From the IMG/VR virus record IMGVR_UViG_3300020045_001829, positions 1 through 36,934 of that record: a stretch of DNA of 36,934 nt; one strand, written 5' to 3'. Position numbers and translations under genes: made by a program. The notes beneath the pieces are model-generated. The model had not been told where the DNA came from and did no database searches. It saw only the letters and a program-made list of their open reading frames with translations. This DNA comes from a virus (taxonomy: Duplodnaviria; Caudoviricetes). Shown here in pieces: positions 33,731-36,934 of the stretch. Within the stretch, counting starts at the first letter, position 1. Each line of letters starts with the position of its first letter.

Positions 33731-36315
33731 ATTACCGCGCGCGTTTCAACTTCGACGACCGATCCTTGCGCCTCGTTTATATCCTGAACAACGACAACCG
33801 GTCGCGGCATGTTCAACACAAATTCACGAATCGCGTCGTTGGATGAAATCTGTTCATTGATTGGAACAGTCATTGACCGTGACGCAATACCGCCGTCCGC
33901 CAAATGTTTCAATCCGCCGTGTTTGAAAAAGTCTATTCCGCCGCCTAACTGATTAAGATTCGACAACGATTGCAACATCGCCGTTGAACGTTTGTTGACA
34001 ACCGTCAGTAATTCACCGCGTTCGGCTTCAAAACGTGTTCCGTCACTTCCGACGAATTTCGTTCCGCCTTGCGAATGCGGTTGACCGCCCAAAACAATTC
34101 CGCGCGCCGCCTTCGGTATTACCGTTCCGCCGTCTTCCAACTTCCGGACGTTTGCAAGTTGTTGCATACCGGCAACAACAGCCGCCGCCGCCGCAACCGG
34201 CGCAAGCGCGAACCCGACAACAGGAATCGCCGCCGCCGATGAATAAGCATTTATTGCCGCCGTTGCTGTTGACGCGATGATTTGAAGTTCGGCGAATACC
34301 TTTGACGCTTCCGATCCTTTTTTGAACAGTCCGCCAATAGTAGCGAACACATCGTTTGCAACCGCCAACGTTCCAAGAACCGCCGCGCGTTGTCCGTCCG
34401 TTGTCTTTTTTATTTCGACGCGCTTTTTTGCTTCGGCGTCCGTGAAAATCTGCAATGACAAATCCGCCGCTTCCGTTTCCAATGCAATTCTTTCGGCGGA
34501 TCCTTCAGCGAAAAGGATTTTTTCTTTTGCAATTTCATCAAGTCGGTTTTGTTTCTTTTGTTGTTCCGCCTCAAATTCAATGTCGGCAAGTTGTTGTTGA
34601 TATGTTTCCGCGTCGATCAGACCTTGCGAATACTGTTCTTCGATCGTTTGCTTGCGCGCGATTGCGGATTGTGCAAACAACATGTTTTGTTTGTCGGTCG
34701 CGTCTTCAATGGCTTTGATTTGTAAGTCAAGCGATTTTTTTATTTCCTCTTCCTTTTCTTTCTGAATTGATTTCGCCAATTCAACCGCCTTCAATTTATA
34801 TTGTTCGTCAACAACCAACTTTTGATTGTTGGTGAATTCGTTTGTCGCAAGTTCGATTTCCTTTTCGGCTTCTAAAATTTGCAATTTCAATTCCAACGAC
34901 CGCGCGGAAAATTTTTCTTCGCCGGCAAGTTCTAATTCCAACGCCGCCTTTTTATCATTCAATTGGATGACGTTTTGTTTTTGCTTTTCTTGTGTTGCCT
35001 TTTCGTTCGCGGCTTTGCGGCTGTCAGCGATGTCTTTTTCGAATCCTGACAACTTTCCAAGATTCCGTTTGTTCTCTTCGAAAAATTGTGTGTCAAGATT
35101 TATTGATTCTGAAAATAGTTTTTCAAGGTTTGCGATTCCTTCATCACCTAAACTGTTGACCGCCTTTTGAACATCCTTGTCGTTTTTCAAAATCTTTTCA
35201 GCCGCTTCACCTGACGCCGCGATGAATTCTTTCAGACGTGCCGCGTTCACGCCTTTGGTCGCCGCGATGTTGTCAAGTTCAACTTTCAATTTGTCGTCCG
35301 CAAATTTCTTCGTTGTCAACAATTCGGTTTCCTGAATTTTGATTGCTTCCTTCAGCGCGTTACGACGTTCCGAAACACTCTTCGTCTGATCCGCCGCAAT
35401 TGCTTCCAACTTCGCTATTTCATTCCTGTTCTTTGCCGTTTCCGAAACGAACGATGTTTGCGCGTCTTCGATTGCGTCCAATGCAAACACGTAATCGCGC
35501 GCCGCCTTTGACGCGTTGTTGATTTGTTCTGTAATGCCTGAAAACGCGGATGACATTTTTTCCGCGCCTTCCTTGAAATTACCTTTGAATATATCGACAA
35601 TGCCGCCGGCTAATCTTGCCAACCGTTGAATCACCACGTCAACGACATTTGAAATTTGTTTTGCGATTGCCGCGAATTCATTTCCGCCCTCTTCCGTTTT
35701 TGAAAAGGCGTCCGCTAATTTCAAAAGTCCGGCAACCAACGCCGTGATGACAAAAACAATCGGATTCACCGCCAACGCTTTGAAGGCATTTCCGGCGGAT
35801 GTAGCACCGGAAACAATTCCTTCGAATCCTTTCGGAAGTAAGTTCATGGAACCAAGTGTGTCTTTGATTGCGCCGGCATAGTTACCAACCGAACGACGGT
35901 TGTCACCGATTGCACCTTCGGCAACTTTCAATTTGTCACTTAAATCTTTTATGGATTTCGTGAACGCTTTTCCCTCTTCCGTGTTTTCGCGTTGTTCGCC
36001 TTTGAGTTTGTTATATTGCGCGGTCATGACTGACAATTGCGCGCGCATTTCACGGACGGATCCGGCTTCGCTATTCAACGCGCGGACACGGTCGTCAATG
36101 CCTTTGTTCGCTTCTCTTAATATGACCTTTTGTTCACGTAACGCCGCCGATGTTTCAATGTATGCCGCCGAATTTTTACCGGATTGTTTTTCGATTTGTT
36201 TTTGCGACAACACAAGTTCGTCAATCGCCTGTTGTGCCGCCGACGCTTGTTTGACCAATTCTTCGGTGTTCAGGTCAATTGAAAGGATGATTGTTTTTTC
36301 GGTTTCGTTTGCCAT
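33727..36315 (-). CDS. Tail tape measure protein
   Basis: 862 aa coiled coil; RSVGNY motif, hydrophobic segments, C-terminal GGQPHSQGG/EAERGE/ADGG motifs. Confidence 0.9.
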   Translation of the reverse strand: MANETEKTIILSIDLNTEELVKQASAAQQAIDELVLSQKQIEKQSGKNSAAYIETSAALREQKVILREANKGIDDRVRALNSEAGSVREMRAQLSVMTAQYNKLKGEQRENTEEGKAFTKSIKDLSDKLKVAEGAIGDNRRSVGNYAGAIKDTLGSMNLLPKGFEGIVSGATSAGNAFKALAVNPIVFVITALVAGLLKLADAFSKTEEGGNEFAAIAKQISNVVDVVIQRLARLAGGIVDIFKGNFKEGAEKMSSAFSGITEQINNASKAARDYVFALDAIEDAQTSFVSETAKNRNEIAKLEAIAADQTKSVSERRNALKEAIKIQETELLTTKKFADDKLKVELDNIAATKGVNAARLKEFIAASGEAAEKILKNDKDVQKAVNSLGDEGIANLEKLFSESINLDTQFFEENKRNLGKLSGFEKDIADSRKAANEKATQEKQKQNVIQLNDKKAALELELAGEEKFSARSLELKLQILEAEKEIELATNEFTNNQKLVVDEQYKLKAVELAKSIQKEKEEEIKKSLDLQIKAIEDATDKQNMLFAQSAIARKQTIEEQYSQGLIDAETYQQQLADIEFEAEQQKKQNRLDEIAKEKILFAEGSAERIALETEAADLSLQIFTDAEAKKRVEIKKTTDGQRAAVLGTLAVANDVFATIGGLFKKGSEASKVFAELQIIASTATAAINAYSSAAAIPVVGFALAPVAAAAAVVAGMQQLANVRKLEDGGTVIPKAARGIVLGGQPHSQGGTKFVGSDGTRFEAERGELLTVVNKRSTAMLQSLSNLNQLGGGIDFFKHGGLKHLADGGIASRSMTVPINEQISSNDAIREFVLNMPRPVVVVQDINEAQGSVVEVETRAVI

Positions 36316-36321
36316 CTTTTT

Positions 36322-36726
36322 TTAGTCTGTTTTTATCAAGTGTTCCGACGCCGTCAACGTTGTGTCAAGTGAACACAACTTCAGGATCGCGTCACATTCA
36401 TCAACGGTGTGTTTCATTTCGATTTCGAATTCAACGTCTTCGTTGAACAGTTTTTCAAGGTCGGATTGAAATGTTTTTTGCAATTGTTTTTTTTCAAATT
36501 CAGATATTTCTTTATCTTTAGTCATGTCAATATTCTTTGTCGCTTCAGCGAAGGCGGTTCGGAAATTCATTTCACGGTCTGACGTGTGTTTGTTTTCGGC
36601 GGACGCGCGACGGTTCAATTTTGTGAATGAATAAATGTCTTTTCCTGAAAACGTTTTTTTCACTTCGACGTTCGACAATATTTCGTCCGTTGCCTTTTTA
36701 ATTTTAAAGATTTCGATTCGTTTCAT
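36322..36726 (-). CDS. Hypothetical helical protein downstream of the tail fibre (possible chaperone)
   Basis: Start moved to MKRIEI with an A-rich leader; the longer call overlaps the fibre gene. Confidence 0.65.
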   Translation of the reverse strand: MKRIEIFKIKKATDEILSNVEVKKTFSGKDIYSFTKLNRRASAENKHTSDREMNFRTAFAEATKNIDMTKDKEISEFEKKQLQKTFQSDLEKLFNEDVEFEIEMKHTVDECDAILKLCSLDTTLTASEHLIKTD

Positions 36727-36748
36727 AGTTTTATTTTTAGGTTTAAAT

Positions 36749-36934
36749 TTACATTGTTTCCCATAGGTAAACGCCTCTTGTATGTGTTCCCGTTTCCGTA
36801 AACACGATATCAAATGTAGTCGCACCAACGTTTTGAATAATTCCAGAGATATTATTCCCTGAACTTGTATCCATGTAAACCGCAAAAGTTGTTGAGGATG
36901 CTGCTGCGATTGTTGTTGTTCCGTTTATTGATTG
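36749..36934 (-). CDS. Tail fibre, 3' end (continuation across the circular junction)
   Basis: ...VGATTFDIVFTETGTHTRGVYLWETM*, TAA at 36751-36749. Confidence 0.85.
   Translation of the reverse strand, partial: QSINGTTTIAAASSTTFAVYMDTSSGNNISGIIQNVGATTFDIVFTETGTHTRGVYLWETM
36814..36934. repeat. Terminal direct repeat, right copy
   Basis: Identical to 1-121. Confidence 0.95.

Noticed and set aside
36727-36885. N-terminal extension of the 187-aa ORF
   Set aside because: Out-of-frame overlap with the tail fibre end; an A-rich leader marks ATG 36726
36814-36934. Physical terminal repeat of the virion DNA
   Set aside because: It falls mid-gene and has a k-mer-like length, so an assembly overlap is more likely
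1-36934. Stop-codon reassignment, tRNA genes, introns or inteins
   Set aside because: Genes tile densely in the standard code, TerL is of normal length, and no cloverleaf was recognised

Overview
The window is an apparently complete, circularly closed tailed-phage genome: 36,813 unique bp plus a 121-bp terminal overlap. It is siphovirus-like and most likely infects a Bacteroidota host (TAnnTTTG promoters, A-rich SD-less leaders, Bacteroidota-phage-type proteins). All genes but one lie on the minus strand. In transcription order they are: tape measure, a glycosyltransferase/methyltransferase cluster, ClpP protease-scaffold, capsid, tail tube, portal, adaptor, membrane/lysis genes, early recombination and replication genes, an AT-rich accessory island, NinG, an iteron origin, terminase, a frameshifted tail chaperone, tail genes, and a tail fibre that spans the contig ends. 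No integrase, tRNA or CRISPR was seen. The most notable items are: (1) a ~4.8 kb sugar-modification cluster within the structural genes, close to a capsid gene with a membrane-anchor-like N-terminus; (2) an integron attC-like hairpin between cassette-sized genes, with no integrase; (3) an 11-bp iteron origin detached from its initiator gene; (4) a three-site TTTACA-N3-TGTAAA operator set; (5) a -1 frameshift chaperone far from the tape measure gene. Family assignments come from motif recognition by eye, not from database searches.
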